NCBI RefSeq assembly: GCF_006345805.1
Contig: NC_043000.1
Location: 63,240,001-63,304,000 of the forward strand
DNA length: 64,000 bases
Direction: 5' to 3'
Source: Octopus sinensis
Lineage: Eukaryota
Below the pieces are notes generated by a model. That model saw nothing but the letters and a program-made list of their open reading frames with translations, had not been told where the DNA came from and did not search any database. This document shows, one piece after another, positions 13,557 through 26,640 of this stretch (position 1 is its first letter; each line of letters starts with the position of its first letter). The position numbers and the translations under genes were made by a program.

Positions 13557-13914
13557 AGATTGTTCGGAGATTGTTAACCCTATTGTGAGGATATTTCTAA
13601 TGTAAAACTATGTCCATATGTTTCAGTTAATTTTAGAAATATTGAAGAATTTAAAAGGATTTAGTAAACTAATGTGTATGGAATATAGCAAAAATTGTTC
13701 TCATATAAAATTATGATGCAAGATATTAATTCAACCCATCAATGCATCCATTTATGCAGCATATTCCAAAAACAAAAACAGGATTATTAGAACAATAGAC
13801 AATACAAAGTAATTGTTGGTTATGATTGACTAGATTTCAGGTGAAAATTATATTTTATGGACACTTAAAAACAGCAGCTTTTAAACAAAACAGAGTTGGG
13901 CTAGCACCTAAATG

Positions 13915-14300
13915 GTTAATGGAAGTTTATCATAGATAAACTTGCGGTTTGAGTTCAGTCTCATTGCACAATACCTTGAGTAACTGTCTTCTACTATAGA
14001 CTCAAGCAAGACAATGCTTTTTGAATAAAATTGATAGATGGAAACTGTATGGAAGCCCACTGTGTGTGTATGTATATATATATATATATATATTTGCATG
14101 TGTGTGTGTCTGTATTCATCCTGGACAATTGGTTTTGTTTTATTCATACCCCCATAACTTAGCAGTTTAGCAAAAAAGACTGATTGAATAAGTACTAGGC
14201 TTAAAAAATAGTACTGAATTCAATTTGATTAAAACCCTTCAAGGCAGTGCCCCAGCATGGCCACAGACCAATGACTGAAACAAGATAAACAATAAAAGAT
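13915..14300 (+). mobile_element. SINE family A
   Basis: Degenerate head, body and tail. Confidence 0.75.
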
Positions 14301-14696
14301 ACAATATAGGATAAATTGGATGATTTATATAGAAAATTCTCAAGAGAAAACTCGAAAACTAACAGCTCTACATATCCCCTTAAGATTAACTGAAAGAAAA
14401 AAATAGAGGAATTTCAAATTTAGGTATCAGACATATGAGATAAGCTGGAATTAGAGTTATAGTGCATTGCTAAGAGAAAAATATAAAAGAATCATGTTTA
14501 TAAGATATTGTTCTTCTCCAACTTCACAGCAAAGTAGTTAGCAATAGGAAAGGATTCTGCTATATTCCAAAACAAGAAATGTTCTGGAATTGATGATTTA
14601 CATTTGTAAAAATTACCTGCTTGCTTTAAAAGTTAAATATAAAACATGAGATTTCATTTCAAACAATATTTGTTCATCCACATTATCTATATATAT

Positions 14697-14962
14697 AGCA
14701 TCAGTGGATCATATATCCCAAAAAGAAGCACACTCTGGAAGTTAGAGCGATAATGTATTTATATGAAGCTAATTATATAGCCAGTCATAGCATGACCAAT
14801 CGTCTCACACCCATAAAGCACTTAGCTTTATAGACAATTCATCAGACTCCAATGGTCACAAGCACTGGAGTCTGATGTGTCATCTATAAAGCTAAGTGCT
14901 GTATGGCTGCGAAACTATTGGTCACTCTATGACCGGACATAGATTTAACTTCATGTAAAATA
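14697..14962. mobile_element. Fold-back element 1 with degenerate hammerhead ribozyme cores
   Basis: About 99-bp inverted arms 14756-14854 / 14863-14962; right arm GGAGT-CTGATGT-stemII-GAAAC-TATTG-GTC-ACTCT (14867-14928). Confidence 0.7.
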
Positions 14963-15084
14963 TATATATATATATGCACATACAACACACATCCATACAC
15001 GCAGGTGAGTAATTATATAACACAAGAGATATACAAATCAATTAATTCTATATGAGAAAATATTTCTAGCTTCATGCTGAAAAC

Positions 15085-15465
15085 GGTGTAGACATAGCTG
15101 TGGGATTAAGGAGATCACTTTGCAATCATGTGGTTTTGAGTTCTGTCCCACTGTGCATCACCCTGGGCAAGCAGTGTCTTCTACTATAGCCTTAGGCTAA
15201 TCAACGTCATGTAACTGATTTTGGTAAACAGAGACTGAGTGGAAATCCACTGTATATTTGTGTGTGTGTGCTTTCCTGCCACCATTATTGCTTGACAACC
15301 AGTGCTGGTTTGTTTACATCCTTCAACTTAGTAATTTAGTGAAGAAGACTAACAGAATAAATACCAGACTTGAAAATTAGTTCTGGGGTTTTGTTTTCAC
15401 TAAACCCTTGAACATGGTGCCTCAGCTTGTTCACAATCAAATGACTGGAGCGAGTAAAAGATGAA
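15085..15465 (+). mobile_element. SINE family A
   Basis: Head to tail, diverged. Confidence 0.8.
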
Positions 15466-15468
15466 CGA

Positions 15469-15691
15469 TTAACCCTTGAGTATTCATATCACTTAAATTT
15501 TTTTTTTTTATTATATGGCTTGAAATTAATCATGCATTATCTTGTAGCTTTCATATTTTGATGATGTGATTGTTTACTTTTCAGAATGACATTGTACGGT
15601 AGGTGTGAGAGACCAGATCTGTCTTGTTTGCACATAAAGCATACAAAAATATTTGGGCCTGATAAAGACACTTTAAGTGCTAAAGAGTTAA
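15469..15691 (-). mobile_element. piggyBac-type MITE (family E)
   Basis: TTAA|cccttgagtatt ... gctaaagag|TTAA. Confidence 0.8.
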
Positions 15692-16285
15692 GTAATAAAC
15701 TCAAAGAGACCATCAACCAAAAATTTATATTTTGACCAAACCGAGTCCTGTTCGGATGCAATGCAGTTACAACCAGACACACTCATAGCAATCTTCTTGA
15801 GAATACCATATATCAAGGGATGAGGCAGAGTTAATAAAGTGTGTACAAGAAAAATTATACACCACACCAACTAAATTACCATAAAACAATAGTATACCAA
15901 CACATAACACTACGATATATCAAGGCAACAACAGAACTTCTTCAAGAGCAATATAATTTAGAGTCAATTAGAATCAAGTAATAGATAACAAGCCAGAATA
16001 ATATTCATCAATAACTAGATTAGCAACAATGTAAATATCAACTGCTAATAATGAATAAAAGAAAATAATCTTCAAAATAGAGAAATGTTTTTTATTGGTT
16101 TCTTTTGCATGTCTGTTTTTATTTTATTTATTGCTTTGTTTGTATTCATTTTTTTTTTCTTTCCAGTTCAAAATTTGGAAATTGTAGATAAAAGTCAGTT
16201 TTAAAATTAACAACTTGTCTTTAATAAAGAAATGTATTTGATAAGATAGTTCATATATGGATGCATTTACATAAGTGAAATGTGA

Positions 16286-17143
16286 TCAAAATAAATATAT
16301 ACATACATATATATATATATATGTATATATATATGTATATATATATGTATATATATATGCACACATACATATGCATATATATATATATATATTATATATA
16401 TACACACATACATATGCATATATATATATATATATATCTACATATATATCTCTACATATACACATATAAACATAAATACCTACATATAAATCTCTACATA
16501 TGTATATATACATATACATATATATGTATATATACATATATATACATATATATATATATATAATATATATGTATATGTATATATACATATAAATATATAT
16601 GTATATGTATATATATATATAAATATATATGTATATGTATATATACATATACATATATATATATACATACATATGTATAAATACATATGTATAAATACAT
16701 ATATATACATACATATGTATAAATACATATATATACATACATATGTATAAATACATATATATACATACATATGTATAAATACATATATATACATACATAT
16801 GTATAAATACATATATATACATACATATGTATAAATACATATATATACATACATATACATACATATATACATACATATATATATATACATATGCACATAT
16901 ACATACATATATATATACATACGTATATATACATATGTATATATACATACATATATATACATATGTATATATACATACATATATATACATATGTATATAT
17001 ACATACATATATACATATGTATATATACATACATATATATACATATGTATATATACATACATATATATACATATGTATATATACATACATATATATACAT
17101 ATGTATATATACATACATATATATACATATGTGTATATATATT

Positions 17144-17174
<31 letters not shown>

Positions 17175-17188
17175 ATACATATATACAT
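16286..17188. repeat. Compound (TA/CA) microsatellite with 24-28 bp higher-order units
   Basis: ataaatacatatatatacatacatatgt repeated about 6-7 times, then an about 24-bp unit; source of all Y/I/C/M/V/H/T ORFs here. Confidence 0.95.
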
Positions 17189-17720
17189 ACTAGCTGGTGT
17201 ACCTGGTAATTCCCGGGGGTAAAGATGTTGTATTGAAATGACTTATTACTCTGATATAAGAAAGAAATTTCATTATAACTGCCACAAAAGGTGTATTTTC
17301 CGTCACGGAAAAGTACAAAAAATTGTCAGCTGGAGGAGGGAGAGATTGTTAGGAGGTTGGCGGGAGAAGTTTTTGGAGGTTGGCGAGAAAGATTGTCACA
17401 GGTTGGTGAGAGAGGTCTTCAGAGGTTGGTGAGAGAGGTCTTCAGAGGTTGGTGAGAGACAAAGACATTATTCTGCTTAGCGAAGGCGTCTGGGAAATGT
17501 ATAACTGCTGTCATTCACAGAAAAACTATTATTTTACCATGAGAAAAGCACTGTTGAAGTGTTAAGTGAAATTTGGCAATCGAATCCATGCTATGCTTGC
17601 ATGAAGCCACTACAAATACGTTGTGGAATAAAAAATTTATCTACTGCCATGGAAAGAGTGTAACTGTAAAAATGCAGAATTATAGGAGTAACGGGCATTC
17701 AAAAAAGTATGTATGTGTAG
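17188..17720 (+). mobile_element. Helitron-like non-autonomous element (tentative)
   Basis: Starts tACTAGCtggtgtacctggtaattcccggggg (CTAG plus GC-rich subterminal inverted repeat); internal 23-bp tandem; similar terminus at 37790-37832(-). Confidence 0.45.
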
Positions 17721-17912
17721 AAATGTATGAATGAAGTCTTTAATGTTTAATATTCAAATTAAGGAAGTGCCTATGCATGTATGTATGTATGTGTGTGCAT
17801 ATGTATGTATGTATTCTGCATATTCATGTGCTTGCATATGCATGTTTGTGTATTTTATATGTAAGTGTGTGTGTGTGAGCAGGTGTTTGTATATGTATGC
17901 ACCTCTGTCTCC

Positions 17913-17951
<39 letters not shown>

Positions 17952-18269
17952 GCAGCTATGTACCATGTTTGTATGTATGGATGTGCATCTCTATATGTGT
18001 AGACATGTGTCACCATATGTGTCCTTGTGTGGAGTAAAGTGTGTGTGTATATATGGTCATGTGTTTCGGTCTCCATTTGCGTATGTGTGCTTGTCTGTTC
18101 ATATAGCCTATGTACCTATCCGTCTGTATGTTGATCTGTTTATTTTCATATCCATATGCTTACATACATATGCATACACACATACATACATCTATCTACA
18201 TAACACCCCACTAACTATTCTACTCTACCTATGTAAACTGTGGGTATGGAGGCATGATATCTACTATGT

Positions 18270-19325
18270 ATATTTCCTATTTAGTATTGGGGAAGTTTCA
18301 TTTATAAGGACATACTCCTGTATTTGTCTGAGTGCTGGGTCTTTTGGGTGCTTAGATAAGATGTGGATGTCAAGTTGCCTCTATGGTGGTCTTTGGCATT
18401 TGGTAGAGTATGAAGGACTGTTTTTCAACGTCATATTGTCTCAGATATTCATTTAGTCATTCCGCAATGCTCCTAGATGTCTCCCCTATGTACGTCATGT
18501 TTATGTCTTTGCAAGCACCTTCTATGCATCTTATGCTGTAAACTACATTTCAAGTTCCACAGTTAATGCCAGGGTTAATCCTACATACCATACAGTTATC
18601 ATTGGTGCATATGGTATTCTCAAAGGAGTACATCCTACATAGTTGTGATCTGACAGAGTTCCCTGGCTTTTCAACAATCTTAATATTGAGTTTGGTCTCC
18701 TTCAGAGCTTTTCTAAATCTACAGGCTAGTTCTCCATGGGCTGTGACCTCTACAAACATCACTCCTTGATATTTGTCGGTTTTATACCATGTGTTCGCCT
18801 TGTCTGCTTTGTCACAAGTTCTTGGTATCCAATTCCATTCTTTGTTTCTATATCTAGGGCAGGTACCACCGATATCATTATGTATAATGTTGTCTAATTT
18901 CTTTCTAGCTCCCTGTTTACTCGAACCCTATTTTTCTGATCATATCCAGAGAACTGCATGCAGTGCATGATGTTCTGTATATGTTTTTTTTTGTTTCATA
19001 GCATTCACATAGTGGGGACATATTGTTCATTATTCTAAGTCTGCTATCAGTATGTTAATTTTCATGTTGTGTGACAAAGCTGAGTTCTTGTGAACAACAT
19101 ATTTTGAAGTTATGGGTTTCATGTAATAGGAGTGGAGGAGCTACACTTTATTGTTCACAGTCTCTAACCAAAATTCAGTATCAAGTACAGGGAGTCTCTT
19201 GTTGAGGTGCTTAGTGGGGTAATCTATAGTTACCTTGATACTTTGGTGGATGGAGTTAGCTATTTGCTGGATGCTCTCCATTACGTTCTTCTCAGTTTCT
19301 ACATTACCATCACTAGAGTTGGTCC
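18270..19325 (-). mobile_element. Penelope-like element A: RT C-terminus plus GIY-YIG endonuclease, pseudogenised
   Basis: IANSIHQSIKVTIDYPTKHLNKRLPVLD..YYMKPITSKYVVHKNSAL; Cys-rich linker CTNDNCMVC; NVVYSIRC..TYIGETSRSIAE*LNE; KDPALRQIQEYVLINETSPILNRK; two TGA stops at expected CGA codons. Confidence 0.9.
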
Positions 19326-19959
19326 TAACTATGATATTATAAACCCTATTGTTCTTAATAGCACTCTCATTTTCGCCAGGAGATATACTAACCTAAATAT
19401 GAGGGAGATAAACATGATACTTACTGCCCGAAAGACTGTTATAGAATTTGATAACAAACTATGGGTCAGAAAAGACACACCTGAACTCTTTGATATCACA
19501 ATGGGCTCACCAGACTCAGCGGAAGCAATGGACATAGTAGGATATAGAACCTGTGATTGTAGAATTAGCAGGAATTGTGTATTCAACAATAATTGCATTA
19601 GAAAGGAAGTAGTATATCAATGTACGCAATCTGATAATAAGGTATATGTAGGAGCAACCCAGAATAATATGAAACATAGACTTAATCCCCATAGATATAC
19701 CTTTAGAGACAGAAATAGGAGAAATTCAACAGGATTGAGCAACTACATATGAGGACTTAAGGATAAGGGAATTGAGTATAACCTACATTGGGAGATTTTA
19801 ACAACAGCACCAGCATATAGTACAAAGAATAGAAAATGTATGTTATGTGTAAATGAAATTTTCTTCATGATTAAAGCCAACCTTCCGCTTGTGAATTCTC
19901 TTGAGAGATATGTTTCCTGCCTTCACAAAACCAAGCACACTTTTTCAAAATACCATTAG
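19326..19959 (+). mobile_element. Penelope-like element B: internally deleted RT plus GIY-YIG
   Basis: ILTARKTVIEFDNKLWVRK..LFDITMGSPDSAEAMDIVG joined in frame to CDCRISRNCVFNNNC..VVYQC..VYVGATQN..RLNPHRYTF..NSTGLSNYI*GLKD..CMLC; TGA at 19750 replaces Trp. Confidence 0.9.
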
Positions 19960-21354
19960 TACTAGTTATTTAATTCCCACTAGCACCAATGCTCCTCCTT
20001 AATTGTATCATGATAATATTCCTATTATCAACACCTTCCTGTACATGGTCACCATATAATGTTTGCCATATCCTCCCATTGCACTTTATGTCTTGGTTCT
20101 TCCAACCCTAACTAGCATGCAATTTACTTTTTCTAGATAGATACTTCCATATACTTTTGAGTGGACGCATGTATGTACAAATATATGCATGTATGCTGCA
20201 TGTGCAGATGTATATTTGTGTGTATAAATATGTGTATCTATGCATATGTGTATACATACATATAAGTACAAACGATTGTAACCCTATTTCTGTGCATGTA
20301 AGTATGTGTAGGTATAGGGCTTTGTATGTATAGATGAATATGTGTATTGTGTCTGTATCTAGGAGTATGCATTGCTTGAGTGTATATATACATGTATATG
20401 TATGTAAGTATGTATATATAGGTATGGGAAAGTATGGTTTTTCTTATGTGTACATGTATATGTGTGTATGTATGTATATATATATATATATGTGTGTGTG
20501 TATATATATATATCTAACTCCATTCTTCCAATCCCACAGGGGTATCAATGACTCTCAACACAACAGTTACCAATCTCAGAAATGACCTGTTTGACAGGCT
20601 AACTTCAGTGGTCAGATATGGACATCAGTTTTTACCAGCTTTTGGCAATGTATCAAAACAAAATATGACTGAACATCATGATTAGGCTTTATGCAAAATA
20701 ATATCTACAGCATCTCAAGGTACAAGATCTTTTGTGTATGTATGTATATATTAGCAATCCAATTCATACTGACACAAATTACCATTATTAGCCTAACAAT
20801 TCTAGTGAATATAGTTATCCATAGAAGCTCATGTGATTAAAATTCATGCAAAATTCAAATATATTTTGTGAAAAGCTGAAATTTTTTATCGATTAAAATT
20901 TGAATGGCAGCTATTTTATTTTTTAATATAACTTTAATCGAATATTAATACAAGTTTGAATGTTAATTCCAGATTTAAACATTTTTTATACTACTTTGAT
21001 TACTCATTATCCTGTAATTCTGATCTATGGAAACATTTTTTTTTTAATTAAAGCAAAATTTTTAATTGAAGCAAAAACACTAGACAGAATTTTCCATTCA
21101 ATAAAAGTGTACTGTAATCCGAAGGCTATCTTACAGATTATACTATGTTATCTATACTAGACAAACTTCATTTTATAAGTCATATACATGAGACAAGAAT
21201 GTAAATAGATAAGTTGATGGAGGTCAGTGGTCTCTATTTTGTTGCTGATATTAAATTCTGTCCTTGATCAAGACTCTCAGATAGCCCATGTATTCAGCAG
21301 AAAATAAGCACTGAATGATTAGAACAACTCTACCACTAAAGAAATGGATCATTG

Positions 21355-21580
21355 TAATAATTGGTTTCAAATTTTGACACAAGACCAGCAATTTAAGAGG
21401 ATGGATAAGTCAATTACATTGACTTCAGTGATCAAGTGATACTTGTTTTATCAACCCTGAAAGTATGAAATGCAAAGTCAACTTTAGCAGAATTTGAACT
21501 CAGAACATAAAGATGAACAAAATGCTGCTAAGCATTTTAGCCAGTGTGCTGACAATTCTGCCAGTTCACTGCCTTGAGCA
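21355..21580 (-). mobile_element. SINE family B
   Basis: Reverse complement of family B (atttgaactcagaac..aatgctgctaagcatttt..attctgccagttcactgcctt). Confidence 0.8.
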
Positions 21581-21599
21581 CTGTAATATTTGATAACTC

Positions 21600-21860
21600 A
21601 TTGCATGGCTCTAGTCAGCCCTGACGGGACATACCTAAGGCACATAGGTAAATAGTTCAATGATCCACAAATCCAGAGCTTCAGACATATGTTTGCCTGG
21701 AGTGAGTGTAAAGGATAAGGCATTTAGGAAGGGATTGTAGTAGCACTCTGGTGTGTTGTGGACGTGTCTGGGTAACTGAACATGAAGTAACAGAAGCTGG
21801 AGCTTGCTGCAGATAAGAATCATATCCATCACATCTCCATATGACATTTCATTTTGTGTA
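21600..21860 (-). mobile_element. CR1-like LINE 3' relic
   Basis: C-rich strand resembling the 3' end of the 22.8-23.7 kb LINE type. Confidence 0.35.
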
Positions 21861-22099
21861 TTTTGGTTTGAATTAGCTTATCGCAGATTAGATTGATGCA
21901 AAATGCATTATTTAATGTTCTTTATTTATAATGTTTGGGGGAACCAGGTAGAATTAAATAATCGTGATATTGACATATATAACTTATAAACTACATAGTG
22001 TAGTTGTCTCTTTCTGTTGGCCAAATGTGATGCCTTTGAGTGCTCTAGATCGAGAGGTATTGATTTGCTTTACTACATTTATGTTCCAAATGTTCTTCC

Positions 22100-22470
22100 T
22101 TAAGTAAACATGTACACAAGAGGTATACAGGGGTCACAGCAAGGTGAGAAGAGAAGAAAAACTTTGTATTTAGAAGATGCACAGAAATAGTAAGTAGTAA
22201 GTGCACCTATGAAATGTTCTGAAGACACCCTAAAATTAGTTGACAGTGTCTGCTACTTAGGTTATCTTATAAGCAGTGGAGGTTTATGCTCCAGAAGCAT
22301 GGAAGCCAGTGAAAGAATAGGGTAGAAAATGCTTAAGTAGCTACTACCTCTGCAAGCAACAAAGCAATTTACTCACTTGAGTGAAGCACAGATCATATGA
22401 CACTTGTGAATGAAGAGCAATGTTGCATGAGAGTGAAATATGAGCACTGAATGCAGAGGATGATTAAAAT
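22100..22470 (+). mobile_element. RTE LINE RT C-terminal relic
   Basis: LKLVDSVCYLGYLISSGG..RIG*KMLK*LLPLQATK..AMLHESEI*ALNAED. Confidence 0.75.
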
Positions 22471-22809
22471 ATAGCAAAAAAATAAGATAAAACCTGCTTC
22501 ACTAGAATATTAATTGTAAAATGTTAGTATGCATGAATGACAGAGCACAAATGAGTTGAGAGAAAAGCTGGTTATAAGAGCTGTCAGATGCAGCCAGCAA
22601 AAGAAAAAATTGCACTGTTTCAGATATGTGATGCATACAGAAAATGCTGAGTTAAGAAGTGTCAAGTTATCCCATATGCAAGGAATCTGTAGAAAAGGAA
22701 GATATAAGAAAACATAGGAAAAAGTGAGGTATGCTGATCTCAAGATGCTTTGTTGATGAACATCCTTTTTTATGTGATGAGAAAGGACATATCATACCTA
22801 TCAGTTTAA

Positions 22810-23720
22810 CACCACCTTCTGGCCTGTGAATGCCTTTCAAAACCCTATATTAGCTCCTATCCTTAAGCATCCCATCTACGAGTTCCATTCACCCCAAATC
22901 TTTAAAGTAGGTGTCTTCTTATCAGATCAAGTGCTGATGGCACTCTCTCTTACCCACATTCTATCAACACTGAATTGTTCCTTTGTTTGGTTGTGTATTC
23001 CACACTCTTCCTCCAGAAACTTTTTGTCACCATTTTCTATGACACTGAGTCCCATGCAGATGATACTACCCTTCATTCTCCCTAAGCTTCCACACCCAAA
23101 TGTCATTTGTATGCAACCTAGACACCTAATAACAAATCTGCACTGATTCCATTATCTAATTGAGGTCATATCAAGTCACATCTTCAACAACTGAAACACA
23201 GGCATTACACCTATCAAGAAAACATTATTACTCTCACTGAACATGAACAGCATGCAACTAGAAGCCTCAAAGTCACTCACTGAAAATTCTAAGCCCTCAC
23301 CATCACTAAGGATCTCTTCTGTCAAATATATTTTGTCAACATAGCCAAAACTGTGTGAGAAAGACAAGTTTTTTCTCTTCAGACTAATAAAATAATTCCA
23401 CCCTCTCCCAGTTACTAATAATCTGCTACAAAGTTTCAGAAAGACCCTAACTGAAGTATTGATTCCACATCTGGCACAGTACTTCAACTGCTACATACAC
23501 AGACATCCTACACTTCATCCAAACAAAGGACCTTCAACTGACTAGCATGAAGTCATTCACCATCACATTCTAACCTATGGCCCACAGGTTCCAACATATT
23601 TCTGTGTGTGTCTTTTTGTTACTGTTGCTACTGTTGGACAACATATCTGCTTTGTTGACCACTACTTCAGTGTTTCATCAACCATCCACTGACACCACAT
23701 ACTTACATGCATGAGGGTCA
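22810..23720 (+). mobile_element. CR1/L2-like LINE, 3' RT part plus 3' UTR
   Basis: AF..L.KHPIYEF..FLSD; DGTLSYPHSINT..STLFL..SHADDTTLHS; QALHLSRK; SNLW; 3' UTR homologous to 26360-26540. Confidence 0.8.
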
Positions 23721-24320
23721 AGTTCTTGTCCTTCCTTTATTCTACCACTACTACAGTAGCTGTTGCTTCTTACAGATGCCTTGTCTTTTGTCATCAAAAC
23801 ATCATGTATTACCAACTCACTTTTCTCTCCTCCTCTTCCTTTCATCGTACATGGTGTATCCACCACCATGCCTCATAATAACTACTAAGCCTAGATCTTT
23901 CTTCAGGAGACATCAATTCATTGGAATTCTATCCAGCAGATATTTTATGTAGCTATCAACCATTCAGGAAGAATAGTAGCCATATCAGCATCATCAGCCT
24001 CAAAGGGCTTGCAAAAGCCATGGACACAAACACTTCTTCCTAACCAAACCAATAAAATAATGTTTAAATGTATCTTTTATTCATGTAACTAAGAAGTTAC
24101 ATAAAATATCAGTTACACGAATAACATATGCTTATACTTTGATGATAGTAGCAGTCATACTTCAATGACATTATAACATATCAAATATACCTTAAAAGTC
24201 ACCTTTTATTATTTATTGAAGAACACATGACTTTCTCATAATTTAGTAACTCATCAATAAAACAATGTGATATTTATTATCAACTCTCACACATATCTAT
24301 GTTTGTAATTTGCACACACA

Positions 24321-24352
<32 letters not shown>

Positions 24353-24777
24353 TTAAGATAATACACAATAAGAATCACATAAAGGCATGTGGCACTAAGT
24401 TGTGGGTTCCATTCTTGAACCAAGCAGTACATTGTACCATTGAGTAAGGCAATTCATTTCCCATGGCTTTAGTCAACTTAGGAGAAATGAGAACCTGCTG
24501 AATACTAGTGCAGTGTCACACTCTCACCAGAGTGTGAGCGAGTGTGTATGTGCATGAATATGTATACACACACACACATGCATGCATGCATGCGCACACA
24601 CAATTTACCCTAAATTAACACTTCAAACAGCATGGCTTTCTAATTAACATGGTTTATAAATTGACAGACCTTATGTACAGCATACAAAACATAGCAGAGA
24701 GGAACTTCAGAAAGACTATATGACTAAACAACAAATCAGAGAAACCCATTCAGCAACAGCTGTTGTACAGCGGTTAC

Positions 24778-24894
24778 CTGCTATTTGAATTGTAACTTCC
24801 TGCCTTGTTTGTCTTTGCAGCTTTCTTAATATAAAGTGAGGGGCCTGACCTCCATTTGTATAATAATTTATCACAAAAATATCGGGCCTTCTGT
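24778..24894 (-). CDS. Candidate internal exon of an unidentified host gene
   Basis: tttgtttctactctag|ACAGAAGG...TAGCAG|gtaacc; 117 nt, phase 1-1; (D)RRPDIFVINYYTNGGQAPHFILRKLQRQTRQEVTIQIA; no homology confirmed. Confidence 0.35.
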
Positions 24895-25404
24895 CTAGAG
24901 TAGAAACAAATATATCACCAAAATATAATACTTAATCTCAACAATTTAGATAAAAGAAAGAGAGACAGAGAAAAATTCTGGTATTAAGAAGAGTGAAGTA
25001 TTAGTTGTAGGCAATAAATTGGCAATTATAAAAACAGGGTAAGACTTGTGAATGAATGAAATAGCAATACCAACAATTATAAGGAACATGATTAATATTG
25101 AAAAAGAAAATAAAAAAGAAAATTCCATCCACTTTAGGTATGCAAACAATAAGGAATGGAGGCAGAGTCATGATTAGAGTATCTGTTTTGTTTTTTGGAA
25201 GAACACAACCAAACCTGAATTCTCCTAAATATCATGAATATGAAAATGAAAACTTTAAACATTTTCTCTACAATTAAAAACAAAAATTATCAAAAGAAAA
25301 TGAGATTTCAGCAGAAATTGAAAAAGTGTTTAAGGCTTGTTCTGATTGATCTGATGAATTCAAAACTCAAATAGGAATTTGCAACATTTGTATAACATAT
25401 GAGG

Positions 25405-25505
25405 TTATTATTATTATTATTCAGATCACTGCTTGGAATCAAACTCAGAATCTTGGGGTTAGTAGCCCGCGCTCTTAACCACTACACCATATGCCCGTGG
25501 CATAT
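25405..25505 (-). mobile_element. Minimal tRNA-like SINE (head plus (TAA)n tail)
   Basis: ggcatatggtgtagtggttaagagcgcgggctactaaccccaagattctgagtttgattcc..tgaataataat; poor acceptor/anticodon pairing, so not called a tRNA. Confidence 0.7.
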
Positions 25506-25515
25506 TTGTAAAAAT

Positions 25516-25556
<41 letters not shown>

Positions 25557-25849
25557 TTTGTAAAAATATATTTCTCTCTCTCCGTCTCTCTTTGATTTTT
25601 TTATGTACACCTGAGTAAATGATACTGTTTCATTTCTATGAACTATTGAATTGTGAATGCATTTTCACTATCCTTTATCCTCATATTATTTTTGAAATAT
25701 AGTAAGAAAATACATTAGAAAAATTCAACCAAGTATTTTGACAGTTCTTGAACAAGTTACTGCATTTCTTATTACTATGTTCAATTAAAACAGTTTCAAA
25801 TAGCATAGCATTTTCACAGAACTAAGTAACCAAATTAATTGAGGTTTTA

Positions 25850-25881
<32 letters not shown>

Positions 25882-25984
25882 ATCTATCTCTAAATTTATG
25901 TATGAAAAAATTTATTTAAGTGTATTCTGATTTATTGTTCAAAATTCTCCCCAAAAGGAAAAGAAAGTCTCCAACACAGAAACA

Positions 25985-26345
25985 AGAATGCACAGCTGTG
26001 TAGTAAGAAGCTTGCTTCCCGACCATATGGTTTTGGGTTCAGACCCACTGCATGACACCTTGAGCAAGTGTCTTCTGCTATAGCCTCATGCTGACCAGAG
26101 TGGATTTAGTAGACAGAAACTGAAAGAAGCACAGTGTGTGTGTCTTCATGTCTGTTTGTCCCCCACTACTGCTTGACAACCAGTGTTGGTGTGTTTATGT
26201 CCCCATAACATAGCATTTTGGCAAAAGAGACTGACAGAATAAGTACTAAGATTAAAAAATGAAGTACTGAGGTCAATTCATTCGGCTAAAAAATTCTTCA
26301 AAGTGGTACCTCAACATAACTGCAGTCGACTGAATCAATTAAAAA
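25985..26345 (+). mobile_element. SINE family A
   Basis: Head to tail. Confidence 0.85.
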
Positions 26346-26359
26346 GTAAAGAAGTAGAC

Positions 26360-26640
26360 TGTTGTACATGTATGTATGTATGCATGGGGGTACTCGGTGA
26401 ATGGTCAATGAAACACTGAGGCAGTGGGCAAAAAAGCATAAGTGGTGTCCAACAGTAGGAACAGCAGCAATAGCAACAATAACAAAAAAAAAACACAAAT
26501 AGATATATGGTGGGACAACAGAGGGCCCATTTAAGGTTAGGCTAATTAACCATAGGTCCTTTTTTAGGATCCCAGAGAGGGGCAACATTACAACATTAGC
26601 CAGCTATATATGGCATATAAGATGCTGCAATAACCTTCAC
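26360..26640 (-). mobile_element. CR1-like LINE 3' end (second copy)
   Basis: atggtcaatgaaacactgaggcagtgg..gtccaacagtag aligns to the reverse complement of 23570-23720. Confidence 0.7.

Noticed and set aside
16275-17222. ORFs of 64-300 aa on both strands
   Set aside because: Pure (TA/CA/TG) microsatellite translations.
17400-17458. 23-bp direct repeat, CRISPR-like at first glance
   Set aside because: Contiguous tandem with no spacers, inside a eukaryotic Helitron-like element.
18050-18120. ccGAAACacat in the 3' flank of PLE-A as a pLTR hammerhead
   Set aside because: No CTGANGA and no stem II pairing.
19207-19752. 181-aa ORF as a single gene
   Set aside because: The first 40 codons are antisense PLE-A read into PLE-B; it is a chimera of TE fragments.
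21635-21847. ORF ending at a strong donor-like site
   Set aside because: Ends in a stop at the donor; better explained as a LINE 3' relic.
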